64,000 nt of DNA, from positions 1,369,089-1,433,088 of the forward strand of contig CBDDIB010000002.1 of NCBI GenBank assembly GCA_965228695.1, written 5' to 3'. Below the pieces are notes generated by a model. It did no database searches, was not told where the DNA came from, and saw only the letters and a list, made by a program, of their open reading frames with translations. The position numbers and the translations under genes were made by a program. Below, one piece after another: positions 55,313 to 64,000 of this stretch (positions within the stretch are counted from its first letter, which is position 1; each line of letters starts with the position of its first letter). This stretch comes from Alphaproteobacteria bacterium. GTDB lineage: Bacteria > Pseudomonadota > Alphaproteobacteria > UBA8366.

Positions 55313-56338
55313 TTGCGGGGAAAGCGAGAGGAACCCGTGACAAAGATATTCCGGCGGCAGATCGGCGATGCGACCGCGTGGAAAAGCACCGAGATGAAAG
55401 CGCGCGACGATTGGCTCCACGTCCTGACGGAAGCCGAGGTCGGGGATCTCGACCGAGCCCTGCGCGCGGTGCAGCAGAGCGGTTTGGAAATGGCCGCGGT
55501 CACGAAAAATGATTTCCCCTTGCCGGTGTTGGAGCCCTATCTCGCCGATTTGGAGAAGACCGTGCGCACCGGCCGCGGGTTTGCACTGCTGCGCGGCATT
55601 CCGGTCGACCGATATACCGCGGAAGAGGTCTTCCTCATTAAATGGGGCATCGGCACGCATCTGGGCGAGAAGGTATCCCAGAACGCCTACGGCGACCTGC
55701 TCGGTCATGTCTACGATCATGGGCGCGATCCGAAATCCACGCGAACCCGGGGCTACCAGACCCGTGGCGAGCTGCGGTTTCATGTCGATCGCGCCGACAT
55801 GACATCGCTTCTCTGTCTGCGCACGGGCCGGAAAGGCGGATTGAGCCGCATCGTCAGTTCCATGTCCGTTCACAACGAGATACTTGCCCGGCACCCCGAA
55901 TATCTGCCGCCGCTCTATGAAGGGGTGCCCTATATCCATATCGAGGAAGCGGGCGAGATGCGAAGCTGGAAGGAGCCGGTCTTCAGCGTCACCGACGATG
56001 TTCTGAGCTGTTCCATCCGCCGCAACACGGTGCAAAAGGCGATCGAGCGGTCGGGTATAGAGATGACGCCGCTGGAGACGGCAGCCCTCGAATTTTTCGA
56101 TTCGGTGGCGGAAGATCCCGAATTCGTCCTCGAGATGGAACTCGAGCCCGGCGACATTCAGTTCGTCAACAACTACACCATCCTGCACGGCCGGACGGCC
56201 TTCGTCGACGATGCGGCGCGGGAAATGAAGCGCCATCTCGTGCGCCTCTGGCTGCGGTTCTTCTCCCCCCGTCCGACCGCCGCGTTTATCCGCGAACAGT
56301 ACAACGGAATCGAGAAGATGCTGGAGCGCGAGACTTAG
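55313..56338 (+). CDS. TauD/TfdA family Fe(II)/2-oxoglutarate dioxygenase
   Basis: 341 aa, with start TTG 55313 or GTG 55337. ELRFHVDRADMTSLLCLR carries HxD. C-terminal NNYTILHGRTAF. It begins 14 nt after the DUF427 stop. Confidence 0.8.
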   Translation: MRGKREEPVTKIFRRQIGDATAWKSTEMKARDDWLHVLTEAEVGDLDRALRAVQQSGLEMAAVTKNDFPLPVLEPYLADLEKTVRTGRGFALLRGIPVDRYTAEEVFLIKWGIGTHLGEKVSQNAYGDLLGHVYDHGRDPKSTRTRGYQTRGELRFHVDRADMTSLLCLRTGRKGGLSRIVSSMSVHNEILARHPEYLPPLYEGVPYIHIEEAGEMRSWKEPVFSVTDDVLSCSIRRNTVQKAIERSGIEMTPLETAALEFFDSVAEDPEFVLEMELEPGDIQFVNNYTILHGRTAFVDDAAREMKRHLVRLWLRFFSPRPTAAFIREQYNGIEKMLERET

Positions 56339-56357
56339 CAGACGGGCTGTGCGGGCC

Positions 56358-56810
56358 TTAGTCCTGCGTGCCGTGCTCGCCCGGGATGATGATCTCGGCG
56401 CCAAGCTGGGTCACGATCGACCCGACATCGAAGAAAACCGTTTCACCCCAGATCTTGTCGTCCCGGAAGTGCCACGCGACCAACGAGCGGATGCGAACAC
56501 GCTTGTCCGTCGGCGGGATGCCGAAAAAGGACCCGCGATGGGTCCCGGTCCACTGGTTTTCGGTGACGATACAATCCTCGTCGGCCGAGAGGTATCGGTG
56601 GATTTTGACGTTGAAGTCGGGGAAGGCTTCCCAAAGCAGACGATATCGTTCCGCGACTTTTTCAGGACCCACGAAGCGCTCGGGGAACCCGGCGATATCG
56701 TTGAAGCAATCGTCCGTGAACCCGTCGAGCACGCGGTCCATATCGTGTGAACTTTCGGCTTCTAAATGGTCCTCGAGTACCGCGAGACGTTCGGGCGGAA
56801 TGTTTGCCAT
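56358..56810 (-). CDS. SnoaL-like / ester cyclase family protein
   Basis: 150 aa, NTF2-like. YRLLWEAFPDFNVKIHRYL...TGTHRGSFFGIPPTDKRVRIR is typical of ester cyclases. Confidence 0.75.
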   Translation of the reverse strand: MANIPPERLAVLEDHLEAESSHDMDRVLDGFTDDCFNDIAGFPERFVGPEKVAERYRLLWEAFPDFNVKIHRYLSADEDCIVTENQWTGTHRGSFFGIPPTDKRVRIRSLVAWHFRDDKIWGETVFFDVGSIVTQLGAEIIIPGEHGTQD

Positions 56811-57053
56811 GGTCGGCTCCTTACGGGGATGTTTCCGTCGGTTTCCGGTAGATCAACATATTCGGCATAGACGCTACCACGCCCGTGCATCCCTGTAGCG
56901 TTCCGCACCATGCCGTTCGCTGCCGCATTTCGTGATCGGCATTTTCTATCGAAAACTGGAGTTCAATTTATTGGAACCCGAGATCCTGCGGCACCATGTC
57001 AGGGTGGCGAGGGCGCACTTCCGCGTCCCGGGCAGAAAAAACGAGGCTGAAAG

Positions 57054-57821
57054 ATGAACCCTCAGGCGTTACTCGATCAATTCTTGGGCTCGCAGAGCAC
57101 GGCGGCTGCCGGGGAAACGCTCCGGTCGGCTTCCAGCAGCCTGTCCAACCCGAACGCGAAGGCCGCGTTGGGCGGCGTCGCGGCGGGCGGTCTTCTCGGT
57201 CTCTTGCTCGGCAACAAGAAAGCCCGCAAGAAAGTCGGCAAACTCGCGGGCGGTGTCGTCGGGTATGGCGGTGCGGCGGCCCTCGGCGCGCTCGCCCATC
57301 GCGCCTATCGGAATTGGCAGGAACAGAAATCCCAACCGGCGCAGGCGGCGTCCACCCAAACTCCCCACACCCCCTCGCCGCCTGCGCCGGCCCCTTCCGG
57401 AACGTTGCCGCCGGTGGAGCCGCGGTTCAATCCGGCGGTCAATGTCGGGAACGATGGCCGCCCGTTCGCGCTCACGCTTGTCCGCGCGATGATCGCGGCG
57501 GCGAATGCCGACGGGCATATCTGCGAGCAGGAGCGAAAGACCATCCTCTCGCATCTCTCCGCCTTGCAGCTCGACGCGGACGCCAAGAGTTTCGTGTTCG
57601 AGGCGCTGATGACGCCCTCGACGCTCGACGAGATCGGCGACCTTGCCAACGGCCCCGAACAGGCGACGGAGGTCTATCTGGTGTCGCGCATGGCGATCGA
57701 CCCGGACGATCCGGCGGAACAAGCCTATCTCGACAGTCTCGCCCGTCGGCTGGCATTGCCGCCCGCGCTTGTCGCGGAACTCGAAAGCCAGGTCAAGGCG
57801 CAGGTGTCGATCGCCGCGTGA
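57054..57821 (+). CDS. DUF533 (YebE-like, TerB-fold) inner-membrane protein
   Basis: 255 aa. N-terminal LLDQFLGS, Gly-rich TM segments, a Pro-rich spacer, and a C-terminal TerB-like domain LVRAMIAAANADGHICEQERKTI...EVYLVSRMAIDPD. Confidence 0.75.
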   Translation: MNPQALLDQFLGSQSTAAAGETLRSASSSLSNPNAKAALGGVAAGGLLGLLLGNKKARKKVGKLAGGVVGYGGAAALGALAHRAYRNWQEQKSQPAQAASTQTPHTPSPPAPAPSGTLPPVEPRFNPAVNVGNDGRPFALTLVRAMIAAANADGHICEQERKTILSHLSALQLDADAKSFVFEALMTPSTLDEIGDLANGPEQATEVYLVSRMAIDPDDPAEQAYLDSLARRLALPPALVAELESQVKAQVSIAA

Positions 57822-57867
57822 CCGCGGTGCCGCCTCTCCTACCAAGGTTGAGGCCCCGACGCATTTT

Positions 57868-59088
57868 CTAGGATTTGTCTTCGGCGCGGATGATGCCGGC
57901 CTCGATCAGCGTCTCGATTGCGTTTGCCGACAGCCCGCCCACGTCGCGCAGGACCGTGCGCGTATCCTGACCGACTCGATGCCCGGCATGCTTCGCCCGG
58001 CCGGGGGATTCGGATAGGTGCGGCACCGGCGCGGCCATGGTGATCGCGTCGAGATCGTCGTCCGGAACCGGAACCAGCATCTCGCGCGCTTTATAGTGCG
58101 GGTCTGCGAAGATGTCGGCCATGTTGAAGATGCGGGTCGCGGGGACCTGCGCCGCATCCAGCCGGTTTTCCAGGTCCGTCAGCGGCAGTTCCGCCGCCCA
58201 ATCCGCAACGAGACCGTCGATCTCGTCGGCATTTTCATTCCGGGCCGCCGCCGTCTTGAACTTGGCGTCGTCGGCGAGCGCCGGTTGGTTCATCACCGCG
58301 CACAGCCGGCGAAACACCGAGTCCGCGAAAGCGGCGATCAGGATGAATTGCCCGTCGCCTGTGGCGTAGAGATTGTTCGGCGTCGCTCCTGGCATCCGCG
58401 AGCCGACCCGCTCGACGACCTTCCCCAGCTTGTCGAAGTTCTGGGCATAGGGCTCCATGAAACTGAATGCGCATTCATACAACGCCGCGTCGATGCATTG
58501 TCCCTTGCCGGTCAGAATGCGGTGATGCAAGGCCGCGAGCACGCCGAACGCGCCGTAAAGACCGGTGATGTAGTCGGTGAGCGCGGTTGCCATGCGTCCC
58601 GGCGGACGGTCTGGATCGCCGTTGATGTAGCGCAGCCCGCTGACCGCTTCCCCGATCACGCCGTATCCCGGCCGCTGTGCATAGGGCCCGGTCTGGCCGA
58701 ACCCGCTGATCCGCAGCATCACGAGGCGCGGATTAATCGCATCGAGCGCCTTGTATCCCAGCCCCCATTTCTCCATCTGGCCGGGCCGGAAATTCTCGAT
58801 CAGCACGTCGCATTCGGCGGCGAGCCGCCGGATCAGGTCGCGCCCTTCATCCGTGCGCAGATCGATCGCGACGGTGGATTTGCTGCGGAAGAGGCTGGCC
58901 GCATAGAGCGATTTGCCCTCGACACTATCGCCGACGGCGCGCAGCGTGTCGCCTGCGACATCCTCGACCTTGATGACCTCGGCGCCGAAATCCGCCAGCA
59001 GCCGGCCGCAAAAGGGGGCCGCAATCGTCGACCCCAACTCCAAAACTCGAAAGGAAGAGAGCGCTTCAGGCACGATTGAGTGTTCCAT
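57868..59088 (-). CDS. Family III CoA-transferase (CaiB/BaiF)
   Basis: 406 aa. FRVLELGSTIAAPFCGRLLADFGAEVIKVE, and PGYGVIGEAVSGLRYINGDPDRPP. Confidence 0.85.
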   Translation of the reverse strand: MEHSIVPEALSSFRVLELGSTIAAPFCGRLLADFGAEVIKVEDVAGDTLRAVGDSVEGKSLYAASLFRSKSTVAIDLRTDEGRDLIRRLAAECDVLIENFRPGQMEKWGLGYKALDAINPRLVMLRISGFGQTGPYAQRPGYGVIGEAVSGLRYINGDPDRPPGRMATALTDYITGLYGAFGVLAALHHRILTGKGQCIDAALYECAFSFMEPYAQNFDKLGKVVERVGSRMPGATPNNLYATGDGQFILIAAFADSVFRRLCAVMNQPALADDAKFKTAAARNENADEIDGLVADWAAELPLTDLENRLDAAQVPATRIFNMADIFADPHYKAREMLVPVPDDDLDAITMAAPVPHLSESPGRAKHAGHRVGQDTRTVLRDVGGLSANAIETLIEAGIIRAEDKS

Positions 59089-59318
59089 TGTTCATGTCAG
59101 GGTCCGTCCGCCGATAATACTCGAATACCAAGGTCGGCCAACCGGCCGCGCGGTCGAGGCCTCTCAAAAGGAGTGAGTGACCTAACCAATCTGATTTCCA
59201 AGAGGATGATTTACTCTGGTAGCGGACCCGGACGAGTATCGAAACTGCCGCATTGGGCTGTATTGCCGCTTGAAATGGGGCGCGGCGATTGCGGCTCGGG
59301 CCGATTTAGGGACGAATC

Positions 59319-60659
59319 ATGGCTAATCCGGAGAAAGTTGGCCAGGGGCCAACGGCAAAAGACTCGCTTGGCGTCGGTGACCGGGATGCCGAGTATATGC
59401 CGCCGCTCAGGCATGCAATTCCGCTCGGACTGCAGCATGTGCTCGCGATGTTCGCGGGGAACATCACCGTTCCCATCATCATCGCCGGCGTAATTGGCGC
59501 GAGCCCCGATGAAAAGGTGTTCTTGATCCAGGCAGCCATGCTGGTTGCGGGAATCGCGACGCTTATCCAGACCGTCGGGATCGGCCGGGTCGGCGCGCGA
59601 CTGCCGATCGTACAGGGCACCAGTTTCGGGTTTCTGCCCGTTGCGATCCCGATTGCGAAAAGCTTTGGCCTCGCCGCCGTTTTGGGCGGCGCGTTGGTTG
59701 CCGGACTGATTCAAGTGGCGTTGGGCGCGATGCTGGGCAGGATCCGGCATTGGTTCCCGCCATTGGTGACAGGAATCGTCGTCTTGGCGATCGGTATCGC
59801 CCTGCTGCCCGTCGGGATTAAATATGCCGCCGGTGGCGTGAAGGCGACGGACTTCGGTGCCGCCCATCACCTGGGGATGGCAGTATTCGTCATCCTCTTG
59901 ACGCTGGTTTTGAAATTCTTCTGTAAAGGGCTCGTTTCCGCGGCGGCTGTTTTTATCGCCATCGTCGCCGGCTATGCGGTTGCATATCCGTTCGGGATGG
60001 TCAGCTTCGGGAATGTCGAGAGTGCGGCTTGGTTCGCGGTTCCTACGCCGCTGCAGTTCGGGCTGGAATTTCCGGCCGCAGCAATCATCGGCATGGGGGT
60101 CATGGCCTTCGTGACGACGATCGAAACGGTCGGTGACATTTCGGGGATCACCATGGGGGGCGCCGGCCGCGACGCGACAGACAAGGAGACGTCGGGCGGC
60201 ATCATGGCGGACGGCATCGGGACGTCGATCGCCGCCGTACTCAATGCCCTGCCGAACACATCCTATAGTCAGAATGTCGGGTTGGTTGCCTTGACCGGCG
60301 TCATGAGCCGGCATGTGGTTTCCATCGGCGCCGTCGTTCTGGTCTTGGCAGGGCTCGTTCCGAAACTCGGCGCGGTGGTCGCGTCCATTCCCAATGCTGT
60401 ACTGGGCGGGGCGGCGATCATCATGTTCGGTATGGTTGCCGCGGCCGGGTTGAAGCTCATCGCCTCAGCGGAGCTCAATCGCAGAAACCTGGTGATCATC
60501 GCCTTGTCGCTTGGGGTGGGCCTTGGCCTCCAGGCGGTCCCGGACGCCGTCATGATCCTACCGCAGCAGATCAAGCTCCTTCTGGTGTCGGGGATTATTC
60601 CCGCGGCGTTCTTGGCGGTCATCTTGAATGCGGTGCTGCCGGTAGAGGAATCGCCGTGA
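59319..60659 (+). CDS. Nucleobase:cation symporter-2 (NCS2) family permease (xanthine/uracil type)
   Basis: 446 aa, polytopic. LGLQHVLAMFAGNITVPIII, PIVQGTSFGFL, and ETVGDISGITMGG...NTSYSQNVGLVALTGV. Confidence 0.9.
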   Translation: MANPEKVGQGPTAKDSLGVGDRDAEYMPPLRHAIPLGLQHVLAMFAGNITVPIIIAGVIGASPDEKVFLIQAAMLVAGIATLIQTVGIGRVGARLPIVQGTSFGFLPVAIPIAKSFGLAAVLGGALVAGLIQVALGAMLGRIRHWFPPLVTGIVVLAIGIALLPVGIKYAAGGVKATDFGAAHHLGMAVFVILLTLVLKFFCKGLVSAAAVFIAIVAGYAVAYPFGMVSFGNVESAAWFAVPTPLQFGLEFPAAAIIGMGVMAFVTTIETVGDISGITMGGAGRDATDKETSGGIMADGIGTSIAAVLNALPNTSYSQNVGLVALTGVMSRHVVSIGAVVLVLAGLVPKLGAVVASIPNAVLGGAAIIMFGMVAAAGLKLIASAELNRRNLVIIALSLGVGLGLQAVPDAVMILPQQIKLLLVSGIIPAAFLAVILNAVLPVEESP

Positions 60660-60714
60660 CCTTGCGGGAGGCAAGGCAACGGCGAGGGCCTTTTTGTATA
60701 ATCGGAGGAATAGG

Positions 60715-61728
60715 ATGATCGGTCGCAACACAGCAGTTTTTGTCGGCGCGTTCATTTGCTTTGCTCAGGCCTTGGTTGTGCCGGCGCAGGTCCAGGCGGG
60801 CAAACTCAAAGTCGCCATGCTGATCCCGGGTCACATCGATGACGGCGGTTTCATGGAAGCGGGTTATAAGGGCCTGTTGATGATCCGTGACAGGCTGGGC
60901 GCGGACATCGCCTACATCGACAAGGTCAAGCCGAAGAAAGACCTGCTCTCCGCGTCGCTGCGAAAGCTTGCGGCCGGGGAACCGGACTTGATCATTGCGC
61001 ATGGTGGTCAAAATTCCAAAGCGATGGTGGCCGTGGCGCCCGAGTTCCCGAATGTGAAATTTGTCGTGGTTCAGGGCAATGTCCGGGGCAGCAATCTGTC
61101 CAGTTATGAAATCCTGCAGGAACAATCGGCCTGGCTGGCCGGTGCGGCCGCCGGATTGCTGACCAAGACCAACGTGGTCGGGCACATCTCCGGGATCAGG
61201 GTTCGTCCGGGCCTGAAGGGGCGCGGCGCCTTCTACAATGGCCTCATGCACACCAACCGGAATGCAAAATATCTGACGACATTTGCGGGCGACCAGGACG
61301 ATAACAAACTCTCGTACGGCGTTGCGTCCGCGCAGATCGATGCCGGCGCGGATATCATCTTCACGATGCTGAATGCCGGGCGTGTCGGCGCTATCAAAGC
61401 CATGCGGGAGAAGAAGGTCCATCAGATCGGAAATGTCCGGGACTGGTATCCGGTAGCGCCGGATGTCTTCGTCGCGTCGGCGATGGCGAATGTCAGCATG
61501 GCCGGTCTTCACGCCGCAAGCGACGTGCAGAGCGGGGCCTGGAAGCCGGGGGTTATCAAGAAGATCGGTCTCGAAAACGGCGATGCGGTGCGTCTCGCAC
61601 TGGCGCCGGATGTTCCGCAGGACATTCGTGTAAAACTCGAAAAACTGCGCGAAGCGCTTGCTAGTGGAAAGACCGAAGTATCGATCGAATACGACGGGCC
61701 GGAATTCAAGCCCCAGACGGGAAAGTAG
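60715..61728 (+). CDS. BMP-family (Med/PnrA-like) periplasmic substrate-binding protein
   Basis: Start at ATG 60715 (GGAGGA upstream). Signal peptide. KVAMLIPGHIDDGGFMEAGYKGL is typical of basic-membrane-protein-family SBPs. 337 aa. Confidence 0.8.
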   Translation: MIGRNTAVFVGAFICFAQALVVPAQVQAGKLKVAMLIPGHIDDGGFMEAGYKGLLMIRDRLGADIAYIDKVKPKKDLLSASLRKLAAGEPDLIIAHGGQNSKAMVAVAPEFPNVKFVVVQGNVRGSNLSSYEILQEQSAWLAGAAAGLLTKTNVVGHISGIRVRPGLKGRGAFYNGLMHTNRNAKYLTTFAGDQDDNKLSYGVASAQIDAGADIIFTMLNAGRVGAIKAMREKKVHQIGNVRDWYPVAPDVFVASAMANVSMAGLHAASDVQSGAWKPGVIKKIGLENGDAVRLALAPDVPQDIRVKLEKLREALASGKTEVSIEYDGPEFKPQTGK

Positions 61729-63255
61729 ATGGCGGTTCCCGACGTTATTCTGGCGATCGAAGTCGCCGTTTGCCTGTTGGTCACCTGGCCTCTGGTCCGG
61801 CAGCTCGCATTCCAGCCGTTTCGCTACAAGTTGCCCTGCAAGGCCGCGCAACGAATCGCGGCGTTGATTGGCTACTACGGGTTTATCGGGGCGGCCGCTG
61901 TTTTCGCGCCGGTCCTGCTCCATGTCGTGGCGGTGATCGCATTGGCCATTTTGATTTATGAAAGGTGGCGGGCGCGTTCCGGATACGGCAGGGACAGCGG
62001 TCTGCCGCCAGGGTCGCTCGGCCTCGTGCCTCGGAGTCATGAAACGGACCCCTATCACTTTGAGAAGCTGATCGCGAAGCACGGTCCGATATTCAAGTTC
62101 AGTGTCGAGTTCCACCCCTACATTTACATTGCCAGTCACAAGCGCGCGCTTAAGTTCCTCCGTGAACACGACGACGTGCTGATCGGTGCGGCGCAGCCGA
62201 TCAGCGCCGGCATCCCCAAAGGGTTCGTCCGCTATATGCCGGCCCGAACGCATACGAAATACCGGAGAATTCTCCTCACCGGCGTCTCGGCCGATGTCAT
62301 CGACGATGCGCGCCCGATGATTCACGCGGCCGTTCGAAGCAAACTCCTGCAGATCTGCGACGAAACGCGCGGATTATCCAACGGTGGAATTCTGATCGAC
62401 GATGCCCTTCGGGAACTGATTTTCCCAATCGTCTTGGAGGTCTTCTTCGGCGTCAGACCCAACACGCCCCAGTTCGCCCAGATCGACTCTTTCTTTGCGG
62501 ATATCGATACGCGACGAGAGACATGCGGCATCGAGGATAGAAGAAACCGCGCGATGAGCGGCATGAGCGATTGGATCCGGGCGCGGATCGATGAATTTGA
62601 AACGGATCCCGGCGCCGCGCCATCCTGTTTCCTGAAGAGTTTGGCGGAGCATCAGGATGCGGCAGCGCTCGATGCGACCGTTCGGGGCAACTGGGTCGCG
62701 ATGGTCGAATTCGCCACCGTCGATATCGTCGGTCTGATGCAGTGGCTGGTGAAGATGCTTATCGACTATCCGGAATGGGCCGAAAGGCTGCGCCGGGAGC
62801 AGGCTGAAAATGGCGACGTACTGGATTGGGGCGAGCATTCCCTGCCGGGGCGTATCGTCAAGGAGACGCTGCGGCTGGAACGCAGCGAGTTCCTGACTCG
62901 GAAGGCCACGCAAGATGTTTGGTTCGAGGGGTATCGTATTCCCAAGGACTGGTCCATCCGGATCGGCATCCGCGAGAACAACCGCGACCCGGAAACCTTC
63001 GACCGGCCGACCGAGTTCGATCCGGACCGGTTCGTGGGAAAGGAATACTCGCTCGAAGAATACGCGCCGTTCGGCCTGTTCCGACACAACTGCATCGGGG
63101 CGGTCTTTGCCTCCACGGTGGGGCGCATCTTCGTCGCCGAGCTTGGAACCGGCTTCGACATCGAACCGAACGGCGAGTGGACCACACAGTATGTCCCGCC
63201 GCATTGGCGGCCGCGCGCCGGCTTTCGGCTTGGTTTGAATGCGCGGGCGGCGTAA
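61729..63255 (+). CDS. Cytochrome P450 with two N-terminal transmembrane helices
   Basis: 508 aa. ATG 61729 abuts the BMP stop TAG 61726-61728. ExxR motif in VKETLRLER. Heme-thiolate loop FGLFRHNCIGAVFA. Hydrophobic N-terminus (VILAIEVAVCLLVTWPLV; IGYYGFIGAAAVFAPVLLHVVAVIALAILIY). Confidence 0.9.
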   Translation: MAVPDVILAIEVAVCLLVTWPLVRQLAFQPFRYKLPCKAAQRIAALIGYYGFIGAAAVFAPVLLHVVAVIALAILIYERWRARSGYGRDSGLPPGSLGLVPRSHETDPYHFEKLIAKHGPIFKFSVEFHPYIYIASHKRALKFLREHDDVLIGAAQPISAGIPKGFVRYMPARTHTKYRRILLTGVSADVIDDARPMIHAAVRSKLLQICDETRGLSNGGILIDDALRELIFPIVLEVFFGVRPNTPQFAQIDSFFADIDTRRETCGIEDRRNRAMSGMSDWIRARIDEFETDPGAAPSCFLKSLAEHQDAAALDATVRGNWVAMVEFATVDIVGLMQWLVKMLIDYPEWAERLRREQAENGDVLDWGEHSLPGRIVKETLRLERSEFLTRKATQDVWFEGYRIPKDWSIRIGIRENNRDPETFDRPTEFDPDRFVGKEYSLEEYAPFGLFRHNCIGAVFASTVGRIFVAELGTGFDIEPNGEWTTQYVPPHWRPRAGFRLGLNARAA

Positions 63256-63327
63256 CCACGGCACCGAAATCGGCCGGCACCCGGCTGCAAACGAGAGCGG
63301 CGGTTTCTACGGATCCAGGGAACCGGC

Positions 63328-64000
63328 TCAGTCGGAGAGGCCGAGCCAGTCGCGCCGATAACGCCGCCATTCGGCTGCGTCGGTGGTCCAGTTCGCGTAG
63401 ACCGCCACGCCGTGGGGATGCGGCGCGGAGTCGGATGCAAGGCCGTTGCGAATCCCCCTGAGTCCCGAGCGCATGTTTTCGGCGCCGGGCCGGAAGCTGA
63501 GGCGGTTTTCCTCGTAGGTCGGCACGCCCATGAAAACCGTTACCCGTTCGGGTGTCAGCGCGAGTATTTTACGCGTCTCCCATGCCACCAACGAGCCATA
63601 GAGCCAGTCGGTCGGAAGTCCCGTGTCGTACATCATGACGGCGATCTGGTCGACGCGGCCGCTGACCGCGCGATGGTAGGCTGCGGTCCAGAAACCCGCA
63701 TGCGTGCCTGCGGTCTGCGTAAGCCAGGCGAGACCCGGAAGCGGCTCGATCTCGTCGGTGGCCATCGAAAGCAGCGCGCCGCGATCGCGGGTGACGCGCC
63801 GGGTTTCGTCCAGCAGCGCGAGGAGATGGGGGTTTCCGCTGCTGGGCTCGATATTGTAGTGAATGCCGCCGAACCCGAGATCCAGGAAATGCCGTGCCGT
63901 CGTAACGACCGCTTGGCGAACGGCCGGTTCGGCCAGGTCGAGCGGCCCGCCGCCGCGTTTCTCGATCTGCCCGATCCAGGCTTGAACGCGGAGCGCCGGC
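63328..64000 (-). CDS. TIM-barrel glycoside-hydrolase-like protein (GH18-like motif), 5' end outside the window
   Basis: The minus-strand frame stays open from 63999 down to stop 63328, so the track shows only the part from an internal Met at 63765. My hand translation of 63766-63999 gives ...AVRQAVVTTARHFLDLGFGGIHYNIEPSSGNPHLLALLDETRR..., which resembles the GH18 DGxDxDxE strand. The family call is tentative. Confidence 0.45.
   Translation of the reverse strand, partial: PALRVQAWIGQIEKRGGGPLDLAEPAVRQAVVTTARHFLDLGFGGIHYNIEPSSGNPHLLALLDETRRVTRDRGALLSMATDEIEPLPGLAWLTQTAGTHAGFWTAAYHRAVSGRVDQIAVMMYDTGLPTDWLYGSLVAWETRKILALTPERVTVFMGVPTYEENRLSFRPGAENMRSGLRGIRNGLASDSAPHPHGVAVYANWTTDAAEWRRYRRDWLGLSD

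Noticed and set aside
59089-59318. Purine riboswitch upstream of the NCS2 permease
   Set aside because: I looked for the conserved junction sequences (UAUAAU...AUAUGG...GUUUCUACC...CCGUAAA...GACUAU) and found none. Only unrelated short hairpins are present.

Overview
This is a high-GC bacterial chromosomal segment (39/60 G+C in a typical line), probably from a proteobacterium and possibly an alphaproteobacterium; the lineage is a weak inference from gene content. It holds about 60 densely packed genes, and I saw no rRNA, tRNA, CRISPR array, transposase or integrase. Most genes are housekeeping (typA, prfC, leuCD-like, otsA, pmbA) or accessory catabolism: two family-III CoA-transferases, an acyl-CoA:acetate CoA-transferase plus MaoC dehydratase, a FadB-type enzyme, two TauD/TfdA dioxygenases, several SDRs, split aconitase X and a P450.

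The strongest signal is two separate in-frame TGA codons that look like selenocysteine recoding.
1. TGA 17122-17124 joins ORFs 16786..17124 and 17266..18561 into one 576-codon protein. The codon sits in a VIVGNAS-U-GAC motif resembling the UGSC selenoprotein family. That domain is fused to a roughly 400-aa domain I cannot assign.
2. TGA 55093-55095 sits where DUF427 proteins carry the Cys of their C-P-Y-K-G motif, and the frame continues another 67 codons of clearly DUF427-like sequence.

No sel genes lie in the window, so both calls need genome-level checks.

Other points worth a look:
- A standalone A-T-TE NRPS-like enzyme sits next to a DAO-family oxidase and possible tailoring enzymes.
- A DUF547 / GT2 / di-iron / DUF3047 cluster has no assigned function.
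- A nucleobase permease, an orphan BMP binding protein and a membrane-anchored P450 form one unit.
- Two gene-free, structured intergenic regions contain intrinsic-terminator-like hairpins and may encode sRNAs.
- A 27% G+C island lies upstream of a NIT-domain chemoreceptor.

The long antisense ORFs in the track are GC-driven shadows and were rejected.
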